Translations under genes and position numbers: made by a program
Assembly (NCBI GenBank): GCA_035291545.1
Contig: DATDRW010000087.1
Location: 1 to 62,401 of the forward strand
Source of the DNA: Acidimicrobiia bacterium
GTDB taxonomy: Bacteria > Actinomycetota > Acidimicrobiia > Spongiisociales > UBA11373
Direction: 5' to 3'
Length of the DNA stretch: 62,401 nucleotides
Notes under the pieces: generated by a model
What the model was told of the DNA's origin: nothing
Database searches by the model: none
Seen by the model: the letters and a program-made list of their open reading frames with translations, nothing else
Shown: piece after piece, positions 8,698 to 18,342 of the stretch
How positions within the stretch are numbered: position 1 is the stretch's first letter
Layout: each line of letters starts with the position of its first letter

Positions 8698-9444
8698 CTA
8701 TCGGGAGGGGTCGTGTTCCGGGGCGAGGCGGTCGGCGAGGCGGAGGCAAGCCTCGTCGAGGACGCCTTCTTGGACCTCGTGGCCGGCCGCGGCCAGGGCG
8801 GCAACGAGCGCGGTCACGACCCGGTCCACACCGATCCCGGGGAGGGCGAGGTCGAGGGCGCCGGTTGCCTCGGGACGCCAGTCGTACTCCAGGGCACGGT
8901 ACGCCGGGAGCAGCGGGCGGTTCACCAGTTCCGGATCGGAGACGACGATCACCCCGCCGAGGTGGGCGGCACCCCGCACCAGGCGTTGCCCGACTCCCAT
9001 GACCTTGTGGATGCCTCCGAGGTTGACCGACCACTCGCCGGGGCAGTATTCCCCGGGCACCTCGCCGACGCGACCGTCGAGGCCGAGCGCGCGCAATGCC
9101 CCGACGACGAGGCCCGAGACGGTGCGAAACCGATCGCCGATCGTCTCGCGCGCCCGGGGCTCGGGCATCGCCCAGGAGAACGCGATCGTTCCCTCGTGGA
9201 ACACCGCGGCCCGTCCGCCGGCGAGACGCTCCACCGGCGCGAATCCGAGGGAAGAGACCGCCGCCACCGCCGCGCGGTATCCGGGGCGCACACGGTCTTG
9301 GCGCCCGAATGCGACCGACCGCTGCGGCGTCCACATGCGCAGGGTGGGGGGATCGTCACCGGCTGCGACCCGGTGCAGGATCGCCGACGAAATGGCGGTG
9401 TCCAGGGCCGGGGGATCGAAGCGGTCGGTGATCAGCCGCAGCAC
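8698..9444 (-). CDS. Lipoate-protein ligase family protein (BPL/LplA/LipB catalytic domain)
   Basis: PTLRMWTPQRSVAFGRQD and GIHKVMGVGQR (conserved Lys) are typical of LplA/LipM-like ligases. Confidence 0.75.
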   Translation of the reverse strand: MLRLITDRFDPPALDTAISSAILHRVAAGDDPPTLRMWTPQRSVAFGRQDRVRPGYRAAVAAVSSLGFAPVERLAGGRAAVFHEGTIAFSWAMPEPRARETIGDRFRTVSGLVVGALRALGLDGRVGEVPGEYCPGEWSVNLGGIHKVMGVGQRLVRGAAHLGGVIVVSDPELVNRPLLPAYRALEYDWRPEATGALDLALPGIGVDRVVTALVAALAAAGHEVQEGVLDEACLRLADRLAPEHDPSR

Positions 9445-9471
9445 CCGGCGAGGGTACCGGCACCGGAGAGA

Positions 9472-9858
9472 TCAGCGTATGCCGGTGTCGTAGGAGAAGT
9501 CGAGGACCGTGGTCGAGTACGCCACCACGGTGACGTCCACCGGTGGCGCCGTTCCCAGCAGCCCATCGACCGCCTGGGGTACGACGTGGTAGAGCCCCGG
9601 GGAGAGGTCCACCGAGTAGCGGCCGTCGGCGTCCGTGGTCGCCTCGGCGACGGTGACCCCGGCGCCGTCGGTGATCTCGATCAGGGCATCGCCAACCGGC
9701 CGATCCGGGCAAGGCACCCCCACCTGGACCACCGGACAGGTGGGTCCGGCGGTCACGACTCCGGCGAGGTGGGCGGTGGCGGGAGCGGTGGTGGTGCCGG
9801 CGTCACCTGCACAGGCGGCCACTGCGAGGGCCAAGACGAGCGCGGCGACGGATCGCAT
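9472..9858 (-). CDS. Putative lipoprotein with a carboxypeptidase-regulatory-like beta-sandwich
   Basis: An internal ATG gives MRSVAALVLALAVAACAG (lipobox-like). ADGRYSVDLSPGLYHV is typical of CarboxypepD_reg-like folds. Confidence 0.6.
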   Translation of the reverse strand: MRSVAALVLALAVAACAGDAGTTTAPATAHLAGVVTAGPTCPVVQVGVPCPDRPVGDALIEITDGAGVTVAEATTDADGRYSVDLSPGLYHVVPQAVDGLLGTAPPVDVTVVAYSTTVLDFSYDTGIR

Positions 9859-9968
9859 ACCGGTTCGACGGGTGGCGGGCCGGCTCCGGTTCCACGCCGC
9901 CGACAAATACCGAACCAGGTTGGGCACCCGTCCGACGATAATCGCTACACCGACCGGCGGAGGCCCCG

Positions 9969-10649
9969 GTGCAACGAGTCATCAGGATGATCGCGATGGC
10001 GCTCCTCGTCGCGTCGTGCGGTGATGCGTTGGGCGGTGTCGGTGACCTCTCCCACAGGATCGTCTACGGCGACGAGACCACCACGACGACGAGCCTCGCT
10101 CCGGCGCAGAGCCAGGTCCTGCGGCTCCGGGGGATCACCGACCTGGTTTGGTGGAACGACGGCATCGACTCCGACACCACCGGTCTGGACCGCGAGCCCA
10201 TGATCACGGCGGTGTGGCTCCGCGGCGACAAGATCAACCCGTTCGTCCAGGCCAGCCGGCGCGAGATCGCCACGGCGCTTCCCGGCATCGAGTTCCCCCA
10301 ATTGGCCCCCGAGACCGTGACCCACGTGTCGTCTCAGCTGCTCTACGACCAACTGACCGGGATTCTCGACGCCTCGACGGCTGCGGCTTTCGGGCTTTGG
10401 GCGGGGGAGCCCTACGACCTACCCCGGGCAGAAGGTCAGCTCGCCGTGCTGCGGGTCGGGCTGAAGACGTTCGAGGACGATGCCGAGGACGAGGTCTTCT
10501 CGTTCCGGGTCACCGACGGACGGGAGCTCACCTGGACGGAAGGGGGCTACGTCTACCAGCTGTTCTGCCGCACCGGAGTCAGCGAGGCGGCGTGCTTCGA
10601 GATGGCCGAGTCGACCATCCCGCTGTCGCTCATCGTGGCGCTTCCCTGA
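9969..10649 (+). CDS. Putative lipoprotein, unknown function
   Basis: N-terminus MQRVIRMIAMALLVASCGD (signal peptide plus lipobox). No family recognised. Confidence 0.6.
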   Translation: MQRVIRMIAMALLVASCGDALGGVGDLSHRIVYGDETTTTTSLAPAQSQVLRLRGITDLVWWNDGIDSDTTGLDREPMITAVWLRGDKINPFVQASRREIATALPGIEFPQLAPETVTHVSSQLLYDQLTGILDASTAAAFGLWAGEPYDLPRAEGQLAVLRVGLKTFEDDAEDEVFSFRVTDGRELTWTEGGYVYQLFCRTGVSEAACFEMAESTIPLSLIVALP

Positions 10650-10702
10650 TCGCGTCCGCGCGTCGCGGCGATACCCTCCTTCGGCGATCACCGGGAGGCA
10701 CC

Positions 10703-12610
10703 GTGTTCCACCAGGGCAATTGGTGGTCCTACATCCAGTACGACGAGGAGCAGGATCGGCCGACAGTCGACCGGGCGCTGCTGCGCCGCGTCCTCGGGTA
10801 CGCCCAGCCCTACCGCGGCCTGCTTGCCGTGGTGATCGGGACGATCGTGGTGATCACGCTGATCTCGCTCGCGCCCCCGCTCCTCATGCGGGACCTGCTC
10901 GACACCGCCATTCCCACCGGTGACCTGGGCCGGGTGACGCTGCTCGGCATCGGCATGGTGGCGGTGCCCCTGCTCAGCGGTGTGGTCGGGGTGGTGCAGC
11001 GCTGGGCGTCGGCGAGGGCGGGTGAAGGGATGATCTTCGACCTCCGCACCGGCGTGTACGCCCACCTTCAGCGGATGTCGCTCGGTTTCTTCACCACCAC
11101 CCGGCCCGGCGAGCTCATGTCCCGACTCAACAGCGATGTCGTCGGCGCCCAGTCGGCGATCACCGGGACCCTCGTCTCCGTTGCGTCCAACGGCCTCGCG
11201 GTGGTGGCGACGATCGCCGTGATGCTCAGCCTCGAGTGGCGGTTGACGCTGGTGGCGGTGGCGATCCTGCCCCTCTTCATCTGGCCGAGCCGCCGCGTCG
11301 GCCGGGTACTGCGCAAGGTGACGCGCAATCAGATGCAGGCCAACGCCCGCATGAACTCGGCGATGAACGACACGCTCAACCTGAGCGGAGCGCTGCTGGT
11401 GAAGCTCTTCGGTCGCACCGCCGACGAAGACCGCCGATTCTCCGGCCACGCCGCCTCGGTGCGGAACCTCGGGGTGCGCCGCGCCCTCATCGGGAGGTGG
11501 TTCTTCATGGCGCTCGGCGTGGTGAGCGCCCTGGGCACCGCGCTCGTCTTCTGGCTTGGGGCGGTCCTCGTCATCCGGGGTGCCCTCACCATCGGGACCA
11601 TCGTCGCCCTGTCGGCCTACCTGAGCCAGTTGTACGGGCCGCTGTCCGCGCTCTCCAACACCCGCGTCGAGCTCGCCACCTCGCTGGTGTCGTTCGAGCG
11701 GGTCTTTGAGGTGCTCGATCTCCCTCGCGACGTGGGCGAACCCGACCCGGCGGCACACCTCGACGACGTCGCCGGGCGCGTGACCTTCGAGGACGTGGCC
11801 TTCGACTACCGGGCGGCGATGCCGTCCGGGCTGGAGCACGTGGAGCGGTTCTCCTGGTCCCACCCGCCCGAGGAGGACGCCGCCGCGGCGACGCCGGTCT
11901 CCGGGCGGGGAAGGGCGATCGAGCACCTCGATTTCGACGTGCAGCCGGGAACCCTGGTGGCCCTCGTGGGCCCGAGCGGAGCCGGGAAGACGACGGTCAC
12001 GTACCTCATCCCCCGTCTTTACGACACCACCGAAGGCCGGGTCCTCATCGACGGGCATGACGTCCGCACGCTCTCGTTCGAGACCATCGCCCGCAGCGTC
12101 GGGGTGGTCACCCAGGAGAACTACCTGTTCCACGACACGATCGCGGCGAATCTGCGCTACGCCCGTCCCGAGTCGACCCAGTCGGAACTGGAGGCGGCTG
12201 CCACGGCTGCGAACATCCACGACTTCGTCAGCGGGTTGCCGGAGGGATACGAGACCCTCGTGGGTGAGCGCGGTTACCGCCTTTCCGGAGGGGAGAAGCA
12301 ACGGGTCGCCATCGCCCGCGTGATCCTCAAGGATCCGCGGATCCTGGTGCTCGACGAAGCAACCTCCCACCTGGACGCCCGATCCGAGGCTCTGATCAAG
12401 GAGGCCCTGGAACGGGTGATGGCGGGGCGGACCTCATTCGTCATCGCCCACCGCCTGTCGACGGTGCTCGCCGCCGATCGGATCCTCGTCCTCGATCGGG
12501 GGCGTCTCGTCGAGGAAGGCCGTCACGACGAGCTCCTGGCTGCCGGAGGATTGTATGCCGAGCTATTCCGGACCCAGTTCGCCCCTGCATCGGCTCATCC
12601 CGGGGTGTGA
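10703..12610 (+). CDS. ABC exporter, fused permease/ATP-binding protein
   Basis: Six-helix transmembrane domain followed by GPSGAGKTT (Walker A), LSGGEKQR (signature) and ILVLDEATS (Walker B). GTG 10703 is preceded by GGGAGG. The upstream part of the 820-aa track ORF is Arg-rich and overlaps the lipoprotein gene. Confidence 0.9.
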   Translation: MFHQGNWWSYIQYDEEQDRPTVDRALLRRVLGYAQPYRGLLAVVIGTIVVITLISLAPPLLMRDLLDTAIPTGDLGRVTLLGIGMVAVPLLSGVVGVVQRWASARAGEGMIFDLRTGVYAHLQRMSLGFFTTTRPGELMSRLNSDVVGAQSAITGTLVSVASNGLAVVATIAVMLSLEWRLTLVAVAILPLFIWPSRRVGRVLRKVTRNQMQANARMNSAMNDTLNLSGALLVKLFGRTADEDRRFSGHAASVRNLGVRRALIGRWFFMALGVVSALGTALVFWLGAVLVIRGALTIGTIVALSAYLSQLYGPLSALSNTRVELATSLVSFERVFEVLDLPRDVGEPDPAAHLDDVAGRVTFEDVAFDYRAAMPSGLEHVERFSWSHPPEEDAAAATPVSGRGRAIEHLDFDVQPGTLVALVGPSGAGKTTVTYLIPRLYDTTEGRVLIDGHDVRTLSFETIARSVGVVTQENYLFHDTIAANLRYARPESTQSELEAAATAANIHDFVSGLPEGYETLVGERGYRLSGGEKQRVAIARVILKDPRILVLDEATSHLDARSEALIKEALERVMAGRTSFVIAHRLSTVLAADRILVLDRGRLVEEGRHDELLAAGGLYAELFRTQFAPASAHPGV

Positions 12611-12636
12611 TCCGGGGGCGGGGGTATCGTGCCGCG

Positions 12637-13935
12637 ATGGTCCGTCTCCGCTGCGCCGTCACCCTGGCACGCCTCGCCCGGACGCTGAGCCGGGTGGCCG
12701 GGCGCGGAGGAACCGCATTCCCCGGGTTGGTCGCCCTCCGTATCGACCCGCGAGTGATCGAGAAGTTGGTGGCGAGCATTCCCCAGGGCGTGGTCGTGGT
12801 CACCGGAACCAACGGGAAGACGACGACGGCAAAGATGATCACGACGATGCTCACCGGCTCGGGGTGGACGGTCCTCGCCAACCGGACGGGCTCCAACCTG
12901 GCGCGGGGTGTGGCCGCGGCCCTGGTCGGCGCCGTCCGGCGCGGGCGACTCTGCGTCGATGCCGCCGTCTTCGAGATCGACGAGGCGGCCGTGCGTGACC
13001 TCGGGCCCCGACTCCGGCCGCGCCTGATCGTCGTCACCAACTTGGCCCGCGACCAGCTCGACCGGTACGGGGAGCTGGATACCACCGCTCGTCACGTCGC
13101 CGCCGCCGTGGCGGCGAGCCGTATCGCGGTACTCGCCGCCGACGACCCGATGGTGGCCCGGCTCGGCGCAGGACGCAGCGCCGAATCGCCGGAGGGCGGC
13201 GAGATCGCGTGGTTCGGGGCCGTGCCCGAGATCAAGGCGACCTTGCCCGACGACCGGGCGTTGTACGGGTACGCCGAGGCCGGTCACGCGGGGCCGTTCG
13301 ATGCGCGGTTGACCCGCACGACGCCGGATGGTGACGGCCAATCGATCGCGGTGACCGTCGATCGGCGCGAGGTGGCGGTCTTCCTGCAGGTACCGGGGGT
13401 GTACAACGGGTACAACGCCACCGCGGCCCTGCTCGCGGTGTCCCGGCTCGGGATCGACCCGGTGTCCGCAGCGGTCCACCTCTCGGCGATGGCCCCCGCG
13501 TTCGGACGGGGACAGGTCGTCGACTATCACGGGAGACGCGTCAGACTCGTCCTGGTGAAAAACCCGGCCGGGCTCAACCAGGCCATCCGGTTGCTGTGCG
13601 ACGAGCCCACCCCGTCTGCGGTGCTGATCGCCATCAACGACAACCACGCCGACGGTCGTGACGTGTCGTGGCTGTGGGACGCCTCGGTGGAGGCGCTGGC
13701 GGCGACCCCGCACCGGTTCGGGGCCGGGGGGATTCGTTCCGCCGACATGGCGCTTCGCTTCAAGTACGCCGGGATCGACTCCTGGGTAGAGCGCGACGAC
13801 CGTCGCGCCCTCGAACGCCTGGTGGCGGACGCGGCCGCGGGCGATGCCGTCTATCTGATCCCGACCTACACAGCCATGCTCTCGTTCCTCGAGTTGCTCC
13901 TGCCGGGACGCTCGCCCGAGGAGGTGTGGTCGTGA
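12637..13935 (+). CDS. murT: Lipid II isoglutaminyl synthase subunit MurT (Mur ligase family)
   Basis: LARLARTLSRVAGRGGTAFPG, VTGTNGKTTT, and a C-terminal DGRDVSWLWD (DUF1727-type). It is followed directly by gatD. Confidence 0.88.
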   Translation: MVRLRCAVTLARLARTLSRVAGRGGTAFPGLVALRIDPRVIEKLVASIPQGVVVVTGTNGKTTTAKMITTMLTGSGWTVLANRTGSNLARGVAAALVGAVRRGRLCVDAAVFEIDEAAVRDLGPRLRPRLIVVTNLARDQLDRYGELDTTARHVAAAVAASRIAVLAADDPMVARLGAGRSAESPEGGEIAWFGAVPEIKATLPDDRALYGYAEAGHAGPFDARLTRTTPDGDGQSIAVTVDRREVAVFLQVPGVYNGYNATAALLAVSRLGIDPVSAAVHLSAMAPAFGRGQVVDYHGRRVRLVLVKNPAGLNQAIRLLCDEPTPSAVLIAINDNHADGRDVSWLWDASVEALAATPHRFGAGGIRSADMALRFKYAGIDSWVERDDRRALERLVADAAAGDAVYLIPTYTAMLSFLELLLPGRSPEEVWS

Positions 13936-14651
13936 CGGCACCGGTCGTCCTCGTTCACCTGTACCCGCGCCGGATGAACATCTACGGCGACACCGGCAAC
14001 GTCCTGGCTCTGCGCCGGAGGCTGGAGTGGCGGGGCTACCCGGTGCGGGTGGTGCCGGTCGACGAGGGCAACCCCTTCGATCTCGAGGAGGCGGACATCG
14101 TGGTAGCGGGTGGGGGAGAGGACGCTTCACAACTCGCGATCGCCGGCGACCTCGTCGATCGGGGGGCGGCGGTCCATCGGGCGGTGCGCGACGGCGTCGT
14201 CTTCCTCACGGTGTGCGGCACCTATCAGCTGTTCGGGAGGCGTTTCGTGACCGCAGACGGTGCCGAGATCCCGGGTATCGGCGTCTTCGCCGCCGAGACC
14301 ATCGGAGGGGGCAGCAGGATGATCGGCAATGTCGTCGTAGATACGCCGTGGGGAGATCTGGTCGGTTTCGAGAACCACAGCGGCCGAACGGCGCTCGATC
14401 CCGGGCAGCCGTCACTCGGGCGGGTGCGGCGGGGGTTCGGGAACAACGACATGACCGCCGAGGAGGGAGCGAGCGTGGAGAACTGCTTTGGGACGTACCT
14501 GCACGGTTCCGTGCTCCCCAAGAACCCGGCATTCGCCGACGAGCTGATCCGGCGGGCGCTGCAGCGGCGAAACGGTGCGCCCGTCACCCTGCAACCTCTC
14601 GACGATGCGGTCGAGAGGCGAGCGGCGGCGACGGCGGCGACGCGACCCTGA
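13932..14651 (+). CDS. gatD: Lipid II isoglutaminyl synthase glutaminase subunit GatD (CobQ-type amidotransferase)
   Basis: MNIYGDTGN, TVCGTYQLFG (nucleophile Cys), and YLHGSVLPKNP (His). GTG 13932 overlaps the murT stop (GTGA). Confidence 0.88.
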   Translation: MTAPVVLVHLYPRRMNIYGDTGNVLALRRRLEWRGYPVRVVPVDEGNPFDLEEADIVVAGGGEDASQLAIAGDLVDRGAAVHRAVRDGVVFLTVCGTYQLFGRRFVTADGAEIPGIGVFAAETIGGGSRMIGNVVVDTPWGDLVGFENHSGRTALDPGQPSLGRVRRGFGNNDMTAEEGASVENCFGTYLHGSVLPKNPAFADELIRRALQRRNGAPVTLQPLDDAVERRAAATAATRP

Positions 14652-14657
14652 GCGGAC

Positions 14658-15032
14658 TCAGGAGGCGAGTGGCACCGCGTCGGGTCGATCGACTGCGACG
14701 GCAAACTCGAGGCCCTCGGCCGACGATCGGAGCAGGTAGAGCGCCTCGATGTTCACACCGCTGTCGGCCAGCCGACGCGCCATTCGAGCAAGGGCGCCGG
14801 GCTCCGGTGGGAGCTCGGTGGTCAGCACGGGACGCTCTTCGAACGCCATCCCTGCTCCCCGGAGCACCGACCTCGCCATCTCGGAATCGGAGACGACGAG
14901 GTGCACGACCCCGCGCGCTCCGGCGCCGAAGGCGGCGACCGCTTCGATGTGCACCCCGGCGTCGTCGAGCCGTTCTGCGAGCGCAGCCAACATGCCCGGG
15001 GCGTTGGCCAGTCTGACGGTGAACTCGGTCAC
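14658..15032 (-). CDS. ACT domain-containing protein (two ACT-like halves)
   Basis: 124 aa, with the pattern FTVRLANAPGMLAALAERL...GVHIEAV repeated as LPPEPGALARMARRLADSGVNIEAL. Confidence 0.65.
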   Translation of the reverse strand: MTEFTVRLANAPGMLAALAERLDDAGVHIEAVAAFGAGARGVVHLVVSDSEMARSVLRGAGMAFEERPVLTTELPPEPGALARMARRLADSGVNIEALYLLRSSAEGLEFAVAVDRPDAVPLAS

Positions 15033-15064
15033 GCCCTCAGGCTACGCCGGTTTGGGACGGTTGG

Positions 15065-15946
15065 TCAGGGGAATCTCTGCAGGAAGGCGACGAGGCGGCC
15101 CGCCACCTCGGGGCCGGCGTCCTCCTGGAGGAAGTGGCCCGCGCCGGCGACGACCTCGAGCTCGGCCGCTCCGGGGATGTGGTCGACGAACCGCCGGCCG
15201 GCCCGGAGGCTGAAGATGGGGTCGGTGTCGGAGAAGAGCACCTGCGCCGGGCCGCCCCACGATGCCAGCGCCTCCCGGGTCGACGCCATTTCGGCCGCAC
15301 CGGGGTCGGCCGGCGACCGGGGGACGATCAGGGGGAGCCGCCAGGCCCCCACCTTGTGCTCCCGCGTGGGGAAGGGAGCCTCGTATCCCGCGATCACCGA
15401 TCGGTCCCAGGGCCGGGCGGCGGCGTTGGCCATGATCATGCCGATCGGGAGATCAGGATTGGCCGCGACGAAGCCCCGCCAGGCATCGAAGGCAGGGTTG
15501 CCGCGCGTCCCTCCGGTGAACAGGCCGGTGTTGAGCAGCGACAGCCGCCGGAACCGCTGCGGGCGGCGCACCGCCACGGCGAGGCCGATGGGCCCTCCCC
15601 AGTCGTGGACGACCGCAGTGGCTCCATCGAGGTCGAGATGATCGACCAGTGCGAGCATGGCTTCGACCAGTCGGTCGTACGTGTAAAAGCCGGGATCAGA
15701 GGATTTGTCCGACTTTCCGAACCCCGGGTAGTCGGGCGCGATGGCGCGGAACCCCGAAGCCACCAGCGGTGGGATCACATGCCGGTAGAGGAACGACCAG
15801 GTCGGCTCGCCGTGGAACAGCACGACCGGAGGCCCGCTCCCCTCGTCGACGTAGTGGATTCGGAGGCCCTCCCAGACGAGGTGGTTCGGTGCGAAGGGAT
15901 AGTCGGGAAGGTCGGAAAAGCAGGCCTCGGGCGTGGTGAGGATCAC
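15065..15946 (-). CDS. Haloalkane dehalogenase-family alpha/beta hydrolase (DhlA-like)
   Basis: FSDLPDYPFAPNHL, HGEPTWSFLYR, GFGKSDK, VVHDWGGPIG (Asp nucleophile) and GAGHFLQED (His). The GTG start overlaps the upstream stop. Confidence 0.8.
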   Translation of the reverse strand: MILTTPEACFSDLPDYPFAPNHLVWEGLRIHYVDEGSGPPVVLFHGEPTWSFLYRHVIPPLVASGFRAIAPDYPGFGKSDKSSDPGFYTYDRLVEAMLALVDHLDLDGATAVVHDWGGPIGLAVAVRRPQRFRRLSLLNTGLFTGGTRGNPAFDAWRGFVAANPDLPIGMIMANAAARPWDRSVIAGYEAPFPTREHKVGAWRLPLIVPRSPADPGAAEMASTREALASWGGPAQVLFSDTDPIFSLRAGRRFVDHIPGAAELEVVAGAGHFLQEDAGPEVAGRLVAFLQRFP

Positions 15947-16437
15947 TGGTCGTCGTTCCCGGCGTGGCCCCGCGTGGGAACCACGAGCACGGGGCGACGC
16001 GCCTCACTGATCACCCGGGTCGAGACGCTCTCCCACTGGCTTTCGTCGAAGAGTTGTTTGGTGGCACCGACGACAATGACGTCCGCACCGAGCCGGTCGG
16101 CGGCCTCGAGGATCGTCGTTGCCGGGTCCTGACCCTCCACGTACTCCACGTCGGCGGCGACGCCGTATGCGGCGAGGGCCGAGACGAGTGGTTCGGTGAG
16201 GCGGGCACCCCGCTCTTCGACGTACCGGGCGATGATGGCGTCCTCGGCGGAGGACCACATCGGGCTCCCCTCGGTGAGGGGATGCCACTCGTCGGATCGG
16301 ATCTCGTCGAGGAAGGACCGCGGCACTTCGATGACCGTCATCACGACGACCTCGCCGTCGGGTCCGCTGAGCCGTTCCACGATGCGGGCCACCCCCTCAG
16401 GGCTGAGCACCCCGGCGGTGGCGATGAGGATGCGCAT
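15943..16437 (-). CDS. Universal stress protein family
   Basis: MRILIATAG..., ADVIVVGATK, ...PVLVVP; a typical UspA layout. Confidence 0.75.
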   Translation of the reverse strand: MRILIATAGVLSPEGVARIVERLSGPDGEVVVMTVIEVPRSFLDEIRSDEWHPLTEGSPMWSSAEDAIIARYVEERGARLTEPLVSALAAYGVAADVEYVEGQDPATTILEAADRLGADVIVVGATKQLFDESQWESVSTRVISEARRPVLVVPTRGHAGNDDQ

Positions 16438-16503
16438 CAGACGGAAAGCCTATCGGTACGCGGGCCCTCGCGCTTCGCCACCAGGAAGACCTAGGGTGGC
16501 GCG

Positions 16504-17010
16504 ATGGCACTGAACCCCGAGACGCTCAACACCGTTCTGTGGTCCATCCCCAATGTGCTCTGTCTGGTCGGATCGGCAGCAGGGGAGGAGTGGAACGGCA
16601 TGACCGCGTCCTGGGTAACCCAGGTGTCGATGTCGCCGGTGTTGGTCGGGGCGTCGATCGACGCGTCCTCAGTGACGCATCGGTTGATCACCGCGGGAGG
16701 CACCTTCAGCGTCAATCTGTGGAGCCGCGAGGACACGCGGACCTTCGTCAAGTTTTCCAAGCCCGCCGATTACCGCGACGGCATGCTCAACGGCCGACGG
16801 GTACGCCCCGGGGTGACCGGCTCTCCGATCTTCGAAGAAGCGATCGCATATCTCGATTGCAGCGTGCGCAACTCGCTCGCGCTGGGCTCACACACCCTGT
16901 TCGTCGGCGAGGTGGTCGATTGCGGCTTCCAGAACGATGGCGAGCACGCCGCGGTCGCCCGAATGGAGGACACCCGGATGAAGTACGGCGGTGTCCTCCG
17001 GGGTCATTGA
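16504..17010 (+). CDS. Flavin reductase family protein (FMN-binding split barrel)
   Basis: NGMTASWVTQVSMSPVLVGASI, FSVNL, and HTLFVGEVV are typical of the family. Confidence 0.8.
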   Translation: MALNPETLNTVLWSIPNVLCLVGSAAGEEWNGMTASWVTQVSMSPVLVGASIDASSVTHRLITAGGTFSVNLWSREDTRTFVKFSKPADYRDGMLNGRRVRPGVTGSPIFEEAIAYLDCSVRNSLALGSHTLFVGEVVDCGFQNDGEHAAVARMEDTRMKYGGVLRGH

Positions 17011-17789
17011 TGCTCGGGTGCTCCGACGGACGAGTCTGATGTCGGCCGATCGCCCAGCCAGGGTCGGATCCTTCCCCGCCATCCGGCCACGGTGCGGCGG
17101 TGATCGCCGGCGGCGAGGGCGGCGACCACGAGCAGGGTGGCCCCCGTCATGTCGGCGAGACGTGAGGCGAATCTGACGGCGTCGCCCACCCCGAGGAGCC
17201 CGACGGCCGGAGTGGCGGCGATACAGCAGCACGAGAGCACGAGGTAGCCGACCACGCGGGGCTCGGTGACCATCACCCTGCCGGCCGCCCAGGAACTCGC
17301 CCGGCGCAGGACCCAGTATCCGCCGAGCGCCACGATCACCAGGCCGGCCGCGCCGAGGCCGGTTCCAAGCCCGAGATCAGCCGCCCATCGGCCGAGTCCG
17401 TCGGCCAGACTCGTTGCCGACGAGACACGGATTTCCCCGATCTCGATGGGTTGGACCCCGATGAGACCGAGACCGTAATGCGCCGTGTCGAGCACGCCCC
17501 ACACCGCGACCCCCGGGATCACCCATCGGAACCTCGAGTCGGATGGAGAGCGCCGGGCCGCCCACACCCCGACGATGGCGGCGCCGGCGTATGCGCCCCG
17601 GGTGAACCACGACACCAGGCCGTGTTCCGATCCCAACCATGGACGCACACCCGGCGCCGTCGCGTAGGCGGCGGCGAGCGCCAATGTGAGGGCCACGACC
17701 ACTGAGGCAAAGGCGGCAGTGACGTCGGCCACGGGGATCCGGGTCGCCCTCGCAGAACGGCGCGGCGGTGCGGTGGTTCCCGGGATCAT
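17004..17789 (-). CDS. Polytopic membrane protein, unknown function
   Basis: ATG 17789 overlaps the stop of the NERD gene (ATGA). About six hydrophobic segments (AAFASVVVALTLALAAAY, AYAGAAIVGVWAA, VIPGVAVWGVL, LGAAGLVIVALGGYWVL, VVGYLVLSCCCIAATPAVGLL, GATLLVVAALAAG). The upstream 130 aa of the track ORF are Arg/Pro-rich and rejected. Confidence 0.55.
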   Translation of the reverse strand: MIPGTTAPPRRSARATRIPVADVTAAFASVVVALTLALAAAYATAPGVRPWLGSEHGLVSWFTRGAYAGAAIVGVWAARRSPSDSRFRWVIPGVAVWGVLDTAHYGLGLIGVQPIEIGEIRVSSATSLADGLGRWAADLGLGTGLGAAGLVIVALGGYWVLRRASSWAAGRVMVTEPRVVGYLVLSCCCIAATPAVGLLGVGDAVRFASRLADMTGATLLVVAALAAGDHRRTVAGWRGRIRPWLGDRPTSDSSVGAPEHQ

Positions 17790-18286
17790 CCGGAGTACCG
17801 GCGCAGTGCCCACAGCACTTCGACCCGCTGCGAACGCCGCAGCGGGAGACCCGGGTGTGACCAGATGTGCTCGGCAATTCGCTCTCCGGGGACTACGCCC
17901 AGCCGGTCGAGGTGATGACGTGACGCCTGGATGGCGGTGACCAGGATCGGGTAGGCAATCGTCACCAGCCCGAGTGCCCGGCGCAGCTCGTGGGCGCCGA
18001 GGAGTGCGTGCTTCACCGGAGTGGTGACCCGGACGCCGTGACGGTAGAGACCATCGTCGTGGATCTCGGCCGGGATGGTTTCGGGATCCACTCCCACGGT
18101 GAATACACCGTTCGGCCCGACCACCACGTGATCGATCCGCGGGCCGGATGGCAGGGTCACCCCGTCGACCACGCTCCAATCGGACGGCAGGTGCTCCAGA
18201 CCGGCCGGGTGGACGCGGGGGCGCGGCGGCGTTGCCAGAGCGACGTCATATAGCCAGCGACCGGGAAGTGCCACAACTTCGGCCAT
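17786..18286 (-). CDS. NERD (nuclease-related domain) protein
   Basis: IDHVVVGPNGVFTVGVD is the characteristic NERD core strand pattern; 166 aa. Confidence 0.65.
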   Translation of the reverse strand: MAEVVALPGRWLYDVALATPPRPRVHPAGLEHLPSDWSVVDGVTLPSGPRIDHVVVGPNGVFTVGVDPETIPAEIHDDGLYRHGVRVTTPVKHALLGAHELRRALGLVTIAYPILVTAIQASRHHLDRLGVVPGERIAEHIWSHPGLPLRRSQRVEVLWALRRYSG

Positions 18287-18342
18287 GCCTACCCATCGGC
18301 GGGCGCTCGGGAGCCCTTGAGGCGGCGGTAGCCTTCGCCGCC

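Noticed and set aside
7076-9334. 752-aa minus-strand ORF spanning the aminotransferase, aroQ and lipoate-ligase region
   Set aside because: The product is Arg/Gly/Pro-rich and low-complexity with no motifs. It is antisense to a well-supported aminotransferase and out of frame with aroQ and the ligase gene. This is the typical long shadow ORF of very GC-rich DNA.
10688-14130. Two long minus-strand ORFs (10688-12370 and 12595-14130) antisense to the ABC exporter and murT
   Set aside because: The plus-strand genes have complete ABC and Mur-ligase motif sets. The antisense products are Arg/Gly/His/Asp-rich shadows.
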